Below are positions 63,151-64,000 of a stretch of 64,000 bases of DNA, piece by piece (the first letter of the stretch is position 1; each line of letters begins with the position of its first letter). A program made the translations under genes and the position numbers. A model generated the notes under the pieces. That model was not told where the DNA came from, ran no database searches, and worked only from the letters and a program-made list of their open reading frames with translations. Source of the DNA: an uncultured Bifidobacteriaceae bacterium (GTDB lineage Bacteria; Acidobacteriota; Vicinamibacteria; Vicinamibacterales; UBA2999); the NCBI GenBank assembly GCA_964505975.1, contig CAZDLW010000002.1:2915-66914 (forward strand). The letters run 5' to 3'.

Positions 63151-64000
63151 CGCGTCCCCTCATTGCGGTCGCGCACAAGGAGCTGCGTCAGATCGTCCGG
63201 GATCGACGCACGCTTGTCATCCTTCTGTTCGTCCCGGCGACGTTCCTCCTGCTGTACGGCTATGCGCTGAACTTCGACATTCGCAACGTGCGACTGGCAG
63301 TGCGCGACGAGGATCGGTCATCGGCCAGCCGGGCGCTGGTGTCGGCGTTCGTCGATTCCGGGTACTTCGAGTTCGTCGACGCCGTCGACTCGGACGCGCA
63401 GCTGCACGCCCGCATCGACCGCGGGGACGTTCGCGCAGCGGTGATCATTCCTCGTGGCTTCGCACGGCATGTCGCCACTCACAGACCAGCCACCGTGCAG
63501 GTCATCATCGACGGCGACAACGCCAACACGGCCAGCCTCGTGCACGCGTACGTGGACGCGTTGATGGCGGAGTACGCTGCGGCGCGCGCGGCCGCGGGTG
63601 TTGGTACCGCGCGCGCGCCGATCGTCGTCGAGCCAAGGGTGTGGTACAACCCGCAGCTACGCAGCGCGCTTTTCCTCATTCCCGGGCTCATCGCATACAT
63701 CGCCATGATCACCGCCGTGACCTCGACGGCACTGTCCGTCGTGCGAGAAAAGGAGCGCGGAACGATGGAACAGATCCGGATGTCGCCGATCGGGCCGGCC
63801 TCCTACGTGCTCGGAAAGGCGCTGCCCTATCTGGCGATCTCGTTCGTGTCGGCCGCGATCATCATCGTGGTCGCCATGGCGTTCTTTGGCCTCCCGATGC
63901 GTGGGTCGTGGGCGGCACTGGCGCTCACGCTGGGTCTGTTCCTGGTGGGGGCCCAGGCGCAGGGACTCGTCATCTCCACGGTGTCGCAGTCGCAGCAGGT
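63147..64000 (+). CDS. ABC-2-type transporter permease (YbhS/YbhR-like), 3' end outside window
   Basis: ATGA overlap with the upstream stop. 'IAVAHKELRQIVRDRRTLVILLFVPATFLLLYGYA...' is followed by a periplasmic loop and 'SVVREKERGTMEQIRMSP'. The frame is open to the window edge and is not in the ORF track. Confidence 0.8.
   Translation, partial: MTRPLIAVAHKELRQIVRDRRTLVILLFVPATFLLLYGYALNFDIRNVRLAVRDEDRSSASRALVSAFVDSGYFEFVDAVDSDAQLHARIDRGDVRAAVIIPRGFARHVATHRPATVQVIIDGDNANTASLVHAYVDALMAEYAAARAAAGVGTARAPIVVEPRVWYNPQLRSALFLIPGLIAYIAMITAVTSTALSVVREKERGTMEQIRMSPIGPASYVLGKALPYLAISFVSAAIIIVVAMAFFGLPMRGSWAALALTLGLFLVGAQAQGLVISTVSQSQQ

Overview
High-GC bacterial chromosomal window. The gene content looks Acidobacteriota-like: a CarboxypepD_reg-type TonB-dependent receptor, a VWFA-related 'acidobacterial' domain protein, and many sigma-54 enhancer-binding proteins (EBPs). 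This taxonomic call is inference. I support about 50 protein-coding genes. I recognised no rRNA, tRNA, CRISPR array, transposase, integrase or prophage.

Housekeeping and envelope genes:
- Information processing and metabolism: mfd, a SurA-like PPIase, a NusG paralog, dus, glnA, fabZ, kbl, an aminotransferase and a nuoG-like gene.
- Peptidases: an M1 and an S9 peptidase.
- Efflux: a TetR-controlled HlyD/ABC/TolC/ABC-2 operon.

These are interleaved with an unusually dense set of signalling genes. Two stretches deserve attention.

1. About 18.97-31.3 kb. This is a contiguous c-di-GMP / sigma-54 / surface-protein neighbourhood containing:
- a PilZ protein translationally coupled to a PilT-family protein in which every ATPase motif is degenerate;
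- an output-less protein made of three GAF-like modules;
- two paralogous sensor-domain-less sigma-54 activators, which flank a secreted FN3/Ig-repeat protein and a GAF-GGDEF cyclase;
- GG-N10-GC promoter-like elements in the AT-rich gaps.

2. About 31.7-40 kb. This holds:
- an NtrC-type response regulator;
- a 69-aa DHp-only (H-box) miniprotein;
- a FliA-type sigma factor whose 3' end overlaps a convergent hybrid histidine kinase by 175 nt;
- an unlisted 49-aa lmo0937-type membrane ORF;
- a GAF-GAF-PP2C phosphatase.

A catalytically dead EBP-like protein sits directly downstream of dus.

All functional calls come from motif and family recognition by eye. No database search was run.
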